64,000 nt of DNA from Candidatus Gottesmanbacteria bacterium. Lineage in GTDB: Bacteria > Patescibacteriota > Microgenomatia > UBA10105 > UBA927. Each line of letters starts with the position of its first letter. Within the stretch, counting starts at the first letter, position 1. The notes below the pieces were generated by a model. It was not told where the DNA came from and did no database searches. It saw only the letters and a program-made list of their open reading frames with translations. The stretch covers positions 135,525 through 199,524 of the forward strand of contig CAVQFA010000005.1 in the NCBI GenBank assembly GCA_963711735.1, written 5' to 3'. The translations under genes and the position numbers were made by a program. Positions 1 through 53,719 of this stretch are shown piece after piece.

Positions 1-18435
<18,435 letters not shown>

Positions 18436-18484
18436 TGTCTTTGAGACACGAAGATGAGAAATTCAAAAAATGTGTGATGGAGGA

Positions 18485-19876
18485 TTACTCTTCTTCCCAG
18501 GAAATGAACTCGTAATCACCCTGACTGGGGAAATACGGCGGAGGTGTGAAGTACAGATTGGTATCATACGTGATGGACCTCGTGGTAAATCCTGATGTCG
18601 GCGGAGTACTGAAATTCCAATAGGATTTCTGGTTGCTGATGACCGATCCGTAAATGGTCAGGGAGTTGCGTACGGCGTTTGAAAGCGTACTGCACCCGGA
18701 ATAGCGGTAGTTATGCCGGATAATCCGGCCGCTGGCAGACAGGAGTGCGCCGTTAATTTCAAAATTCGTCGGGATATTATACCGGAAATAAATGTTATTC
18801 TGGGAAAAGATTCCGAGTTGCGTGTGGCCGTCTTTGGCGATGTATGTCAGATTATTATTGATCCATATGTTCATGAAGTTGACACCCAACGGAAACCTGG
18901 CTGCAACGACCGTTGCCCTGCCGTTGACGACCCCGTCGACCCAAAGATGGTCTTCGGCAAAAATAATCGGTTTGAGTGCGAGTGAGTAGGTACCGATGAG
19001 CGTCTGGCCGGTTATATCCTGGCGGAGACTTTCGCATCCTCCGTCAGGGCTCCATCCTCTCACGGTATTGGCACCGGTGACCCTGTATACCGTCACGTTT
19101 CCGTCTGCGGTAAAGACCAAATGGTATCCGTACGCGCCTGATGCCGCCAGATAGACACCGTTATTCTGTGCCTGGGTCCGCATGAGATTAAAATCAATCT
19201 GGAGGCTGTTAAAGTCAGCCGGAGGAACAGGAAATGACCACAGTGATGACGGACCGCCCGCGCCCCACACGCCGTTTCTCGTCGCTGACGGGCTGCAGCC
19301 GGTTTCACTCCCGCACGTATACGTCTGGCGGGCGCTTTCGACGGATGAATCATTCGCTCCGTCCATCCTGATGCCGCCGTTGCTCATCACTTTTCCGTGC
19401 ACGGTGATACCCGTACCGAACCAGACGTTGGCGTTATGGAGGAATGAATATTTTGCAAGCGACGGGATACCGTACCGCGCTTTCACTTTCCGTTTAATTT
19501 CCGGATAGCTTGTCAGCCATCCGGTAGACTCGATCGTAACAATGGAGGATCCGGATGCAGGAGGGGTGACGTTCAGGCTGAATACCGCTTCCGTTTTGCC
19601 GTACGGGTCCGGCATCTGGTGGACATACGGACCGGGATTTCCGGTGCCGTCGGTGAAGTCATTCGGGGCATGCGCGAGGTGCCACCGGTAGTATTCGGCG
19701 CCTGCCTGCGCTATATCGATGGCCCTTTCATACACGACGGTACGCGTTGATGCCGTGTACTGGACGCCGGCGATAAGCACAATACCGGTTATGGCAATGG
19801 ACATGGTGACGCCGATCACCAACACCAGGATGGATATGCCGCCCTTCCGGTATGTATGTAAAAATAGTTGTTTCAT
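18485..19876 (-). CDS. PilX/GspK-like minor pilin with large C-terminal beta-rich domain
   Basis: N-terminus RKGG|ISILVLVIGV is hydrophobic and lacks Glu5. It contains AIDIAQAGAEY, typical of the PilX N-terminus. It overlaps the upstream pilin by ATGA. Confidence 0.75.
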   Translation of the reverse strand: MKQLFLHTYRKGGISILVLVIGVTMSIAITGIVLIAGVQYTASTRTVVYERAIDIAQAGAEYYRWHLAHAPNDFTDGTGNPGPYVHQMPDPYGKTEAVFSLNVTPPASGSSIVTIESTGWLTSYPEIKRKVKARYGIPSLAKYSFLHNANVWFGTGITVHGKVMSNGGIRMDGANDSSVESARQTYTCGSETGCSPSATRNGVWGAGGPSSLWSFPVPPADFNSLQIDFNLMRTQAQNNGVYLAASGAYGYHLVFTADGNVTVYRVTGANTVRGWSPDGGCESLRQDITGQTLIGTYSLALKPIIFAEDHLWVDGVVNGRATVVAARFPLGVNFMNIWINNNLTYIAKDGHTQLGIFSQNNIYFRYNIPTNFEINGALLSASGRIIRHNYRYSGCSTLSNAVRNSLTIYGSVISNQKSYWNFSTPPTSGFTTRSITYDTNLYFTPPPYFPSQGDYEFISWEEE

Positions 19877-20496
19877 AGGTTTGTTTTCAGTGTCCTGATC
19901 GCCACTCCGCTTCGTACAAAAAACGGTCCGGCGGCAAAATTATCGGTTATGCTGATACCGAGCTGCACCCGGATATACCGCGTATTTAAAATCCTCTGCG
20001 CGGTTGGCAGCGGATTGTTCACGATGTCGTCCGGCCAGTCACCGTTATAATACAAAAACATCGGACCCCCTGACGTGACGACATTATCCGCAATACTTAT
20101 TATCTTTTCGTTTGCCGGCGGGTAAGAAACCGGGACTGCGGTCGGTTCGGTAACTCCCCGTCTGAGTGTTGTCCCCTCGAGAAAGTACCGGATTTTATCC
20201 GGCCTGCCGTCATTGGTCACGTCTGCGAAAAACGTTATCGCAAAATCATCACACAACAAAAACGGCCATGATCCGTCATCACCCATCCTGGCTTCCCTGA
20301 GTTCCCGTATCATCCTGGTGTGGGCATTTTGTACTCTTGTGACCTGCTGGGCTTCTTCGATGGAAAAGGATGTATTACGCAGGTAATAAACGGAGAACAG
20401 AGAAACAGCCAGGACAACACTGCCGAATATGAATACGGCGACGACCATTTCTACCAGCGTAAAGCCCTGAGATCGTGTTTTACGGAATCGGTACAT
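19873..20496 (-). CDS. Type IV prepilin-like protein (PilW/PulJ-like minor pilin)
   Basis: Canonical class III signal SQG|FTLVEMVVAVFIF followed by RMIRELREA. Confidence 0.9.
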   Translation of the reverse strand: MYRFRKTRSQGFTLVEMVVAVFIFGSVVLAVSLFSVYYLRNTSFSIEEAQQVTRVQNAHTRMIRELREARMGDDGSWPFLLCDDFAITFFADVTNDGRPDKIRYFLEGTTLRRGVTEPTAVPVSYPPANEKIISIADNVVTSGGPMFLYYNGDWPDDIVNNPLPTAQRILNTRYIRVQLGISITDNFAAGPFFVRSGVAIRTLKTNL

Positions 20497-21946
20497 ACGG
20501 ATTTAATATGATTGTATCCCTTTGGTTGCCTGAAATGGTTACGGACGTCGTGGCTTCCTGAAATCCCGGTAAGTTTACCGAAACGCTGTACTGACCCAAA
20601 CCCAACGACCCGAAATATGCCTGCCCGTAACTGGCTGACCCTGTCGCTGCAGTTATGACAGTTTTATCGTACCCGAGCGGTACGTTCAAAAGACGCGCGC
20701 TCGCTGATGCCTGCGGCGTGAGGAGTGTGTCTTTGACGGTCAGCTGGTAGGATGCCAGTGTTTTGGGAACCGCGACGATAACAACGGAACCGTTCGTTCC
20801 GGCAGGTAAAAGGTAGGGAAGCAGGGGGCTGGAGCCGGCGAGCATATGAGCGGAATCGGTAAAATCGAGCGTATAGACGTCCCACTCAAGTCCGACGATC
20901 GTGACGGTGCTCCCGCCCGTATTTGTCCTGTACTCATACTTATACACCGATTCGTCGGTTGCATCGTGCCCGATGAGTTTGGCGCCGCGAAGGGTAAAGT
21001 ACACGTTGGCGATGGGCTGCATGGCTTGGTTCACTGAGTCGATTTTGATGGTTGATGTTTTATCTATGGCGAGTGACGCCTGTGACAGTTGTCCTTCGAT
21101 AACCGTGAGGTCCGGGAGTATCGGGTTGGTCACTTCGCTTGGTGAGTACGTACGGTCCGATGAATACGTTGCTTTTGATGCGGTTATCCGGTAACAAAGG
21201 ACACACGCGGGAGCGCCCGGAATGACGACGGTGCCTGTTGCCGAGGTGAGGGTTGTAGTGTGTATCGGCGGAACAACGGAAGTGTTATCGATGTTCACTG
21301 TCGCATTGGAAACCGGCAGGCCGGCAGAGTCAAATACCTGTACAAGCAGTGTCCCCCCGCCTTCGACCGTCTCTACCCCCTTCGGGACGAAGTTGGTGAC
21401 GAGCGTTACCGGTTCGCGTGACTGATATGGTCCGGTCCACCGCACCTGTACCCGCACCCGTTTATAATCCGTATTTATCATATCCGCCGGCGCCAATCCG
21501 TCAAACGGGTCGTCGATATACACGACAGACGTCGTCACGGTAAAGACCTGGCTGTTGATGGTTTCTGTTCTGGATTGGGGGAGCGGGCCGTTCGGTATAC
21601 CGCCTACCGTTCCGATCTGAAGGTACGGCAGATTGCGGGCTTCTTCGATGGTTTCCCGCGCCAGGGCCAGAGCGGTCACCTGGATTCTGGAAAGGGCAAT
21701 TTGTTCAATGACAACCTGGACAATAGTGGCTATGGAAGTGAAAAAAATGCCGATAACCGCCAGGGCAACCAGCGTTTCGATCATGGATATGCCTGCCAAA
21801 CGGTTGTTTTTCGGAGATTCAGCAGGTGCGGGGGATTTCTGTACCGGTATCGTTTTTGCGTACCGGTGCAGGCAATATGAGACGGTTCTCCTCAGACGGG
21901 ATTTGTTCAGGCAGATTTGACCCATTACGATTATTATACCTATCAT
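20480..21946 (-). CDS. Type IV prepilin-like protein (PilV-like) with carboxypeptidase-regulatory-like Ig repeats; start uncertain
   Basis: LAG|ISMIETLVALAVI cleavage/methylation motif, then YKRVRVQVRW, then GTLLVQVFDSAGLPVSNATVNI-type repeats. Confidence 0.85.
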   Translation of the reverse strand: MIGIIIVMGQICLNKSRLRRTVSYCLHRYAKTIPVQKSPAPAESPKNNRLAGISMIETLVALAVIGIFFTSIATIVQVVIEQIALSRIQVTALALARETIEEARNLPYLQIGTVGGIPNGPLPQSRTETINSQVFTVTTSVVYIDDPFDGLAPADMINTDYKRVRVQVRWTGPYQSREPVTLVTNFVPKGVETVEGGGTLLVQVFDSAGLPVSNATVNIDNTSVVPPIHTTTLTSATGTVVIPGAPACVLCYRITASKATYSSDRTYSPSEVTNPILPDLTVIEGQLSQASLAIDKTSTIKIDSVNQAMQPIANVYFTLRGAKLIGHDATDESVYKYEYRTNTGGSTVTIVGLEWDVYTLDFTDSAHMLAGSSPLLPYLLPAGTNGSVVIVAVPKTLASYQLTVKDTLLTPQASASARLLNVPLGYDKTVITAATGSASYGQAYFGSLGLGQYSVSVNLPGFQEATTSVTISGNQRDTIILNPYVPIP

Positions 21947-22083
21947 GTGCCGTTATGCAATCGAAGAGATCGATACACACATAATCCGTACGGTTCGTCA
22001 CGGGAAGTGCGTGGTACATATGATGAGACGGGACATGTGCGTTTATTGTCTGTTCAGAATGCCGGAGTTGTGCTACTCTCTGT

Positions 22084-22488
22084 ATGCGTATGGATATAGA
22101 TAAAAAACCGGTCATCACGGCAGCCGGCATTGCGGGAGTTGCAGTGTTTGTGATGGTTGTCATTGCCGGAATATTTTTGTGGCAGAAAAACCGTACACCC
22201 GGATTATCCGTACAAACCGGAGATGCTCAGATAACTCCTGCCACAACGGATGCATCAAACGATGTCGTGTCCCGTGTCGGGCGCCATATGATCCTACCCC
22301 CCGAAACGCCGAAGGTGGTTCCGGTAGTCACCGCGGAAGAGCTGAAAAAAACGCAGCCGTTTTTTGCCAACGCAGAGAATGGTGATGTGCTCCTTGTCTA
22401 TACAAATAAGGTAGTTTTATATAGTCCGAAGCTGGATAAAATCGTAGAGATTGCCCATTTCCGGGAGGCAACAGGATCAGGAAATTAG
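22084..22488 (+). CDS. Small single-TM membrane protein, paralog of the N-terminal domain of 50165..50902
   Basis: N-terminal TM helix. QPFFANAENGDVLLVY...VLYSPKLDKIV matches QAFFARAENGDRVLFY...ILYRPSTGKII. Confidence 0.8.
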   Translation: MRMDIDKKPVITAAGIAGVAVFVMVVIAGIFLWQKNRTPGLSVQTGDAQITPATTDASNDVVSRVGRHMILPPETPKVVPVVTAEELKKTQPFFANAENGDVLLVYTNKVVLYSPKLDKIVEIAHFREATGSGN

Positions 22489-22496
22489 GCTGATCC
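22474..22496. terminator. Possible hairpin between convergent genes
   Basis: GGATCAG-N9-CTGATCC inverted repeat at the 3' end of 22084..22488. No strong U-tract. Confidence 0.25.
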
Positions 22497-22519
22497 GGGA
22501 TTTGAGCAGTGTCCGCGCA

Positions 22520-24337
22520 TTACTGCGTTTGTTTTTCCCAAATAGCAAGCCACTCCTGTGCCTGAATATTTTCATTATCCAATGAAATTGCCTTCCGGAG
22601 CATCGCTTTGGCTTTCTCCCGGTCACCGAGTTTGTTGAGCGTCATACCCAGATTTGAGTAAAAATATGAGGTGGTGTGTCCTGCCCTGATTGCTGCCTCA
22701 ATGACGGCTTTTGCTTCTGTATACTTCCCTTCGTCATAATATTTAGACGCCAGGCGTTCAAACGAGGCAGAGAAGTTCGGATCAAGTCGGATGGCGCGCA
22801 TGAGGTACTCATTTGCCTGGTCGGGCTGGTTGGTGGCATCAGCTATGAGGCTCATGTTATACAACGCTCCGGCATATTTCGGGTTGATCCGTGAGGCGAT
22901 TGCAAACTCCTTTTGCGCGTTTGTATAATCCTGCTGACGGTAGTAAGACACGCCGATATTGTTATGGAGCCGTGCATCGTTGGGGGCGGTTTTCAGGGAT
23001 GCGGCCGAGAGCGTGTACTGGTCTTTCCAGTCATTGTTCCGTATGACCGTACGGACAGTGAGAGCCGCTACCAAAATACCAAGGAGAAGGTACACGCCTG
23101 TGGGTTTGTTGATCTTGGCAAAAACCCAGTCCATTGTATAGGCAATCAGAACGATTACTCCCAACGCGCCGAGGTATACATACCGTTCAGCTGCCATCCA
23201 GGAGATGATGATCGGGGAAAACGAGGGAGAGAGGCTGATGAAAAGGACAGACAGCCAGAAGAAGTGGCGGCGGTTGCCGAACCAGCTGGCTATCATGATG
23301 CCGGCAACGGATATAAACGCCAGCAGCCGGAGCATGTATTCCGTAAGCGGGAATGCAAGTTGCGAATGGAAAAAAGCCAATTTATCCGGCCAGACGATAA
23401 GATCCAGATAGATGGATGTCGCAATCGGTATCTGCACAAAGGGATTGAATATTCCGACAGCATCGTAATTTGTTTTCTGAAGCGCTGCTACCCGCGTTTG
23501 GAAGTACTGCGTCGGTCCGAAGATGAAAAACAGCCAGAGCATGGTGAGTGCAACAAAGGGAATCACCCGTTTCCAATTCTTTTTCAGATTTCCAAACGCG
23601 AGTTCATAGGTAACAAACGCAAGCGACATGGGAATGGACTTTTCGCAGGATGCAAGCATGAGGGTGAAAAAAATTAGCGAAGCTATATACCATCGTTTGT
23701 TTCCAATGCTTACAATGTAAGTAATCATTGAAAGGAGGAAGAACAAACTGTACTGCACGTACGTACCGCCCACAATCCACGTCACTGCTTCCGTGGCGAT
23801 CGGGTGAACGGCAGCAATTGCTGCAGCAATGAGTGCGGTCCGTTTGTTTATCATAATTGCCACCAGCACATAGAGAGCGAAAGTAACTCCCGTGTGGAGC
23901 ACTATGTTGACGATGTGAAACGGAATAGGGTGTAATCCTCCGACAAGGTATGTAAGCCAGTTGATGAATGCCCAGGCGATGGTCATGGGACGGTCCAATA
24001 CGAATTGGAAAGACGTCATGTGCGGATTGTTTACAAGGTATGGGATATCATCCTGCAGGAATTCTCCCCGAAGGGCATTGGCATAGGATATACAGATAAT
24101 CACTGTCAGAATAACAAATATCAGTTTGGAAGAACATATAATGTTCCAAACAGATTGGGGAGTCTTTGTTATCTTCCGCCATGAAGCGCTCATAATGGGT
24201 GACTCCCTGCCATGGAGTTGCTTCTGAATATATGTGTGTACTTCCTGTTCGCTTACCTCCAGGTGTTTGGCAATATCAGAAGGTAAATCCGATGAGAGAT
24301 GTTTCTTTATATATTTTTGTTTCTTGTGGGATAACAT
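22520..24337 (-). CDS. TMTC-like GT-C protein O-glycosyltransferase with C-terminal TPRs and an N-terminal HTH-like segment
   Basis: FLQDDIPYLVNNP acidic loop after TM1, FHIVNIVLH, HPIATEAVTWI, AERYVY, RNNDWKD, many TM helices and several TPR motifs. Confidence 0.88.
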   Translation of the reverse strand: MLSHKKQKYIKKHLSSDLPSDIAKHLEVSEQEVHTYIQKQLHGRESPIMSASWRKITKTPQSVWNIICSSKLIFVILTVIICISYANALRGEFLQDDIPYLVNNPHMTSFQFVLDRPMTIAWAFINWLTYLVGGLHPIPFHIVNIVLHTGVTFALYVLVAIMINKRTALIAAAIAAVHPIATEAVTWIVGGTYVQYSLFFLLSMITYIVSIGNKRWYIASLIFFTLMLASCEKSIPMSLAFVTYELAFGNLKKNWKRVIPFVALTMLWLFFIFGPTQYFQTRVAALQKTNYDAVGIFNPFVQIPIATSIYLDLIVWPDKLAFFHSQLAFPLTEYMLRLLAFISVAGIMIASWFGNRRHFFWLSVLFISLSPSFSPIIISWMAAERYVYLGALGVIVLIAYTMDWVFAKINKPTGVYLLLGILVAALTVRTVIRNNDWKDQYTLSAASLKTAPNDARLHNNIGVSYYRQQDYTNAQKEFAIASRINPKYAGALYNMSLIADATNQPDQANEYLMRAIRLDPNFSASFERLASKYYDEGKYTEAKAVIEAAIRAGHTTSYFYSNLGMTLNKLGDREKAKAMLRKAISLDNENIQAQEWLAIWEKQTQ

Positions 24338-38164
<13,827 letters not shown>

Positions 38165-38224
38165 AAATTACCTCATCAGTCATTCGTACACCATCCCACA
38201 TTTGAACAACTTTTGTGTTATCTA

Positions 38225-38325
38225 TTGACATTCATGTCTGATATATATGATTATTATATATAGGTAGTGTGATAGAGTTGTAAAAACTTGTACAATTTTT
38301 GGTACATACTTGTAAAAACATGTAA
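38225..38325 (+). promoter_or_regulatory. Putative promoter/operator with helically phased (T/A)(T/G)GTA repeats
   Basis: TTGACA at 38225. TTGTAAAAAC at 38278 and 38310. GTA cores at 38278, 38288, 38300, 38310 and 38320. Confidence 0.45.
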
Positions 38326-38407
38326 TTCTGGGGCAGCAGAACGGGATTTTTGAAGAATACGAGCTATTCCGCTTTGGGGTTTGGGCAGGAATATACTTAG
38401 CTTGCCC

Positions 38408-50082
<11,675 letters not shown>

Positions 50083-50164
50083 CGGTGTACGATTTATACG
50101 ATACGATTATACTTCAGGAAATTATAATCTTAAATTATTAATCTTAAAACGTAAATCGTGGGGC

Positions 50165-50902
50165 TTACTGGGGTTTGTAGTCAGAACCTATGATAATGAG
50201 GATATCTGCATCAGGTTTAGGTTCATCTGCAGGGATATTTTGTCCCACCCCTCCGATTACCTGTGCAATTTCTGAGCTGACCGCGCTTGTTGATTCATTG
50301 AGGTTGGCGACAATCGTCTTCGTATAATCAGTTTTTACGGCATTGTCTTTGCGCACAACTTCAATATTCGCAACATGTTCTTTGATAAACCCTTCCATAT
50401 TATTAGCAAGTTTTGGGGTTGTTGTACCGTTGAAAATGGCAATTCGAACCGGTGCAGCTATTGTGACAGTCGGAGCAGACGATTCAGCTTGCGTTTCTGC
50501 TCCTGCAACTTGGGCTGATGGTGTCGATCCGCCGACATTTACCGGAGACATATCGATAATCTTGCCGGTTGACGGACGATAGAGAATTGCTTTTTTCACA
50601 GACGCGTAAAAAAGAACCCGATCGCCGTTTTCAGCACGTGCAAAAAATGCCTGGTCCTTCAGTTTCTCTTTATCAGACACGGTGGCGATAGTCGGCTCTT
50701 CACCAACCGGCACATCGACTATTTTTGCAATTGTAACAATCAGCTCCTTATTTTCTACCTTAACCGCCTCAGCGGGATTTTTGAGAAGATCTTTGGTATT
50801 TTTCCATTGCCGGTAAAAATAGACAGACGGGGCAGTGACGATGAGGATGACGAGAATTATTCCGGCAATGATTGCGTGTTTTTTTGTGAGTTGAATCGTC
50901 AT
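50165..50902 (-). CDS. Single-TM protein with a conserved 'FFxxAENGD' domain and C-terminal LytR_C-like domain
   Basis: TM AIIAGIILVILIV. The pattern VRIAIFNGT...LAN...NA...YTKTIV...ADILIIIGSD is typical of LytR_C. ATG 50902 is preferred over GTG 50932. Confidence 0.82.
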   Translation of the reverse strand: MTIQLTKKHAIIAGIILVILIVTAPSVYFYRQWKNTKDLLKNPAEAVKVENKELIVTIAKIVDVPVGEEPTIATVSDKEKLKDQAFFARAENGDRVLFYASVKKAILYRPSTGKIIDMSPVNVGGSTPSAQVAGAETQAESSAPTVTIAAPVRIAIFNGTTTPKLANNMEGFIKEHVANIEVVRKDNAVKTDYTKTIVANLNESTSAVSSEIAQVIGGVGQNIPADEPKPDADILIIIGSDYKPQ

Positions 50903-51001
50903 GGCATAATCATAAAGATTTATGGTTGTCACGTCAAGCTTACCCTTCTTTACGGAAAGTATTCTTCCGATTATTTATATGATGTACAATGGATAAAGTG
51001 T

Positions 51002-53275
51002 ATGAAATTATTTGCCTGCCGGGTGATAGTCTTCCTTCTTTTGTATTTCGTGTTTGGTTATTTCAATGATATTCACGCTGTTTCTCTCGTTTCCACCAAA
51101 TCCGCAGAACTCTCTGTTTCCGCACGCGTAAGTCCGCGTCCGTCTGATTTTCTCTTTGACCTGACCTCAGATCTGACTGACAATACAGTCGGTGCAGACA
51201 CAACGATAGAATACACGATAACCTACGGATCCAAGCTTGACTACTGGGCACCGATGGTAATAGAAGCAGAATGGAGCCTCGGAACGGTCCCAGAGCAATC
51301 TCTCTATTCCTACAATATCGTATCTTATGTTGCCGGATCTGCGACAAAAGACTACTGGGGAGAATCTACACCGATTGTCGACACAGTAAACCGGAAAATC
51401 CGTTGGGTCGTAAAAAGATTTCCGCCAAATACCATCGGAAAAACATTAAAGTTTAAACTGAAAACACCTGATCGGTATGTTACAGATAAGAACGTTAATT
51501 TCACTGTTCGAGCTAGAATGTATCAGAACGATGTATATTTACCATGGGACACGTTAGACCAAATCTACATGCCGGGGGAATTTATCAGGAAAGAGGTCAA
51601 AGGTTTGCAGTTTCTCGTTTTGGAAATCAGGAGAATTACCGATGCATCTTTTACGCTTTTTCTCGTGACAAGCGTTCCTGCAAAAGCAACTGTCTATTAC
51701 GGATTATCTCCTGATAATCTTGATAAAACGTGGTCAGACGATACCCTTACGGACCAGCGTCTCATAACGATAGACGGACTGTTACCTGCTACGAAATATT
51801 ACTACCGCGTGATGATCGAAAACGAGAAGGGGATCCAACGGAAAACACCGGAAGTGTTTGAGGTGACGACGTCTTCGACATCCCTCATTTCACTTATAGA
51901 CCAGGAGCGTGTACTTATCTCATCACGGGGAGTACTCCTCAAAAGTTCCTCCGGTCTCGGTATGGGTACACATGTGACAGTACCCAAAGGTGTGCCTGTT
52001 GAAGTGTTTCTTCCGTTTGCAACAGATGTCCCTTCATCCGTCCAGTTATCCTTAGCAAACCAAAAAGTCCTCGGGATTTCAACAGATACAGCTCCCTATA
52101 CCGCGGAAGGGAAAGTACGGCTTCTTGAGACGCAGCACAGGACATATACGGGCACAATTACGGCGCCGATTACGAGGGGTTTGTACGATATGGTACTTGA
52201 AACGGAAGGGACGAAAACCGGCGTCAACCAGGACGTCATGACGACGCTTGTTGTCAGTGATCCTCTCACGGTTGTAAACGAAAAGGGACAGTCGGTGGAG
52301 CGGGCAATCGTGTATCTCGAAAGGTGGAATGAGCGGGAATCACGCTTTGAATACTTCCCGTCTGAATCATTCGGATCCAAAAATCCCGGCTGGACGGAAT
52401 CTGACGGGAGTACGGACTTTATCCTCCCCCAGGGCGAGTACATGGTCAATGTCAATGCAATTGGATATAAAACATTCCAGAAAAACTTCTCCTTTGACCC
52501 GTCCGGTACCACCCCGTATCCACGGGTTGTGCTTGAACGTGCACCATTTTCTATTCTTACGTATATCACGTATTACTGGACTGTCTCCCTGGATGTCTGG
52601 CGCTTTGCCAATTACTCAGTCGACAGGCTCGCGTCATCCTGGCGGTTTTTGGATCTGTCGCTTCTCACGAGTCTCGCTATTTTGTCGATACTGAGTATTT
52701 TTACCAATCTCCGGAGGGTGAAGTTGTCTCTTGAAGGGTTTCTCATTTTTATCGAAAAGTGGGCGCTCAAATTATTGGGAAAGCTCAGAACGCATACGCT
52801 GTTTATCGGATTTACAGAACACTCCGGCACAGAGCTTCCCGTTCACGGCGTAACCGTGCTTCTCGTTGACAGAAAGTCCAAAACAGTCATCGGACATGAT
52901 ATAACGAATTCACTCGGTGAGTTTCACTTGCGTATCGATCCCGGGAGGGAATATGAAATAATTCTAAAAAAGCACGGATTTATCACACATAAAGAAAGTA
53001 TCAACGCGGAGGCACTTCTAGTTGACCGTACGCCATTTGTCCTGACTCCGGAAGTGACCGTACATCTGCCTCTTGTCCTTGAATTTGCCGGTACGATGGT
53101 CCGTATTATATTTCATGCGTTTTCCGACACATTCCTGTTTGCAGTCGGCATTCTCAATATACTTCTTTATATGCGGCTCGGGATACGTGTATTACCGGTC
53201 TTTATCCTGACAGCACTTAACACGCTTCTCTGGCTGGAATTCCACTGGCACATCTTCCGGATCCGGAGAAAATAA
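51002..53275 (+). CDS. Secreted/membrane protein with Ig-like, FN3-like and carboxypeptidase-regulatory-like domains and C-terminal TMs
   Basis: Signal peptide from ATG 51002 (track start 50807 overlaps the opposite gene). Motifs: IEYTITY, ITIDGLLPATKYYYRV, TESDGSTDFILPQGEYMVNV...GY, TNSLGEF...KHGF. Confidence 0.8.
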   Translation: MKLFACRVIVFLLLYFVFGYFNDIHAVSLVSTKSAELSVSARVSPRPSDFLFDLTSDLTDNTVGADTTIEYTITYGSKLDYWAPMVIEAEWSLGTVPEQSLYSYNIVSYVAGSATKDYWGESTPIVDTVNRKIRWVVKRFPPNTIGKTLKFKLKTPDRYVTDKNVNFTVRARMYQNDVYLPWDTLDQIYMPGEFIRKEVKGLQFLVLEIRRITDASFTLFLVTSVPAKATVYYGLSPDNLDKTWSDDTLTDQRLITIDGLLPATKYYYRVMIENEKGIQRKTPEVFEVTTSSTSLISLIDQERVLISSRGVLLKSSSGLGMGTHVTVPKGVPVEVFLPFATDVPSSVQLSLANQKVLGISTDTAPYTAEGKVRLLETQHRTYTGTITAPITRGLYDMVLETEGTKTGVNQDVMTTLVVSDPLTVVNEKGQSVERAIVYLERWNERESRFEYFPSESFGSKNPGWTESDGSTDFILPQGEYMVNVNAIGYKTFQKNFSFDPSGTTPYPRVVLERAPFSILTYITYYWTVSLDVWRFANYSVDRLASSWRFLDLSLLTSLAILSILSIFTNLRRVKLSLEGFLIFIEKWALKLLGKLRTHTLFIGFTEHSGTELPVHGVTVLLVDRKSKTVIGHDITNSLGEFHLRIDPGREYEIILKKHGFITHKESINAEALLVDRTPFVLTPEVTVHLPLVLEFAGTMVRIIFHAFSDTFLFAVGILNILLYMRLGIRVLPVFILTALNTLLWLEFHWHIFRIRRK

Positions 53276-53293
53276 ATAGTATAAGAAGTTTCA

Positions 53294-53698
53294 TTACGGG
53301 ATAACTCTTACAGTTCCGACAGCATTAATATTGAGTTTGTTCCTGAATGTGATCGTTGCCGGTTTATCGATCCTCATGTGTACCGTTTCGCTTCTCATGT
53401 ACCCACGCGGGGTGGAAATGCCGGGATAGTCGGATTCAAGCCACATGGGTGAATCACTGCCATTGACGATGGTTAAGTATCTGCTGACTGCCATGACGCC
53501 GTTTGACGGTTTGAAACGACCGTTTTCGTATACGACACGCAGGTTGCCCGGGGCATTATCAATAGTCTTCGCTTCTTCAATAAGCGGTTTCGTGAGGGCG
53601 TTTTTCGGCAGCATCCCTATCACCATATACGGTGTGATGACGCCACGCACGTAGTATCCGGCAAGAAAGATGATAGTGAAAATAATGAGTTTTTTCAT
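53294..53698 (-). CDS. Cupredoxin-fold-like exported protein lacking copper ligands
   Basis: N-terminal anchor, YENGRFKPS...LTIVN...FRNKLN...GTVRV pattern, no Cys. Confidence 0.55.
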   Translation of the reverse strand: MKKLIIFTIIFLAGYYVRGVITPYMVIGMLPKNALTKPLIEEAKTIDNAPGNLRVVYENGRFKPSNGVMAVSRYLTIVNGSDSPMWLESDYPGISTPRGYMRSETVHMRIDKPATITFRNKLNINAVGTVRVIP

Positions 53699-53719
53699 AT
53701 ACTCCAGTGTATCAGAAAT

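Noticed and set aside
50083-50164. Short TACGAT and TAATCTTAAA repeats between convergent genes
   Set aside because: They are too short and AT-rich to distinguish from chance, and there is no clear terminator hairpin.
50807-51001. N-terminal extension of the 822-aa ORF
   Set aside because: It overlaps the opposite-strand gene, and a good signal peptide begins at ATG 51002.
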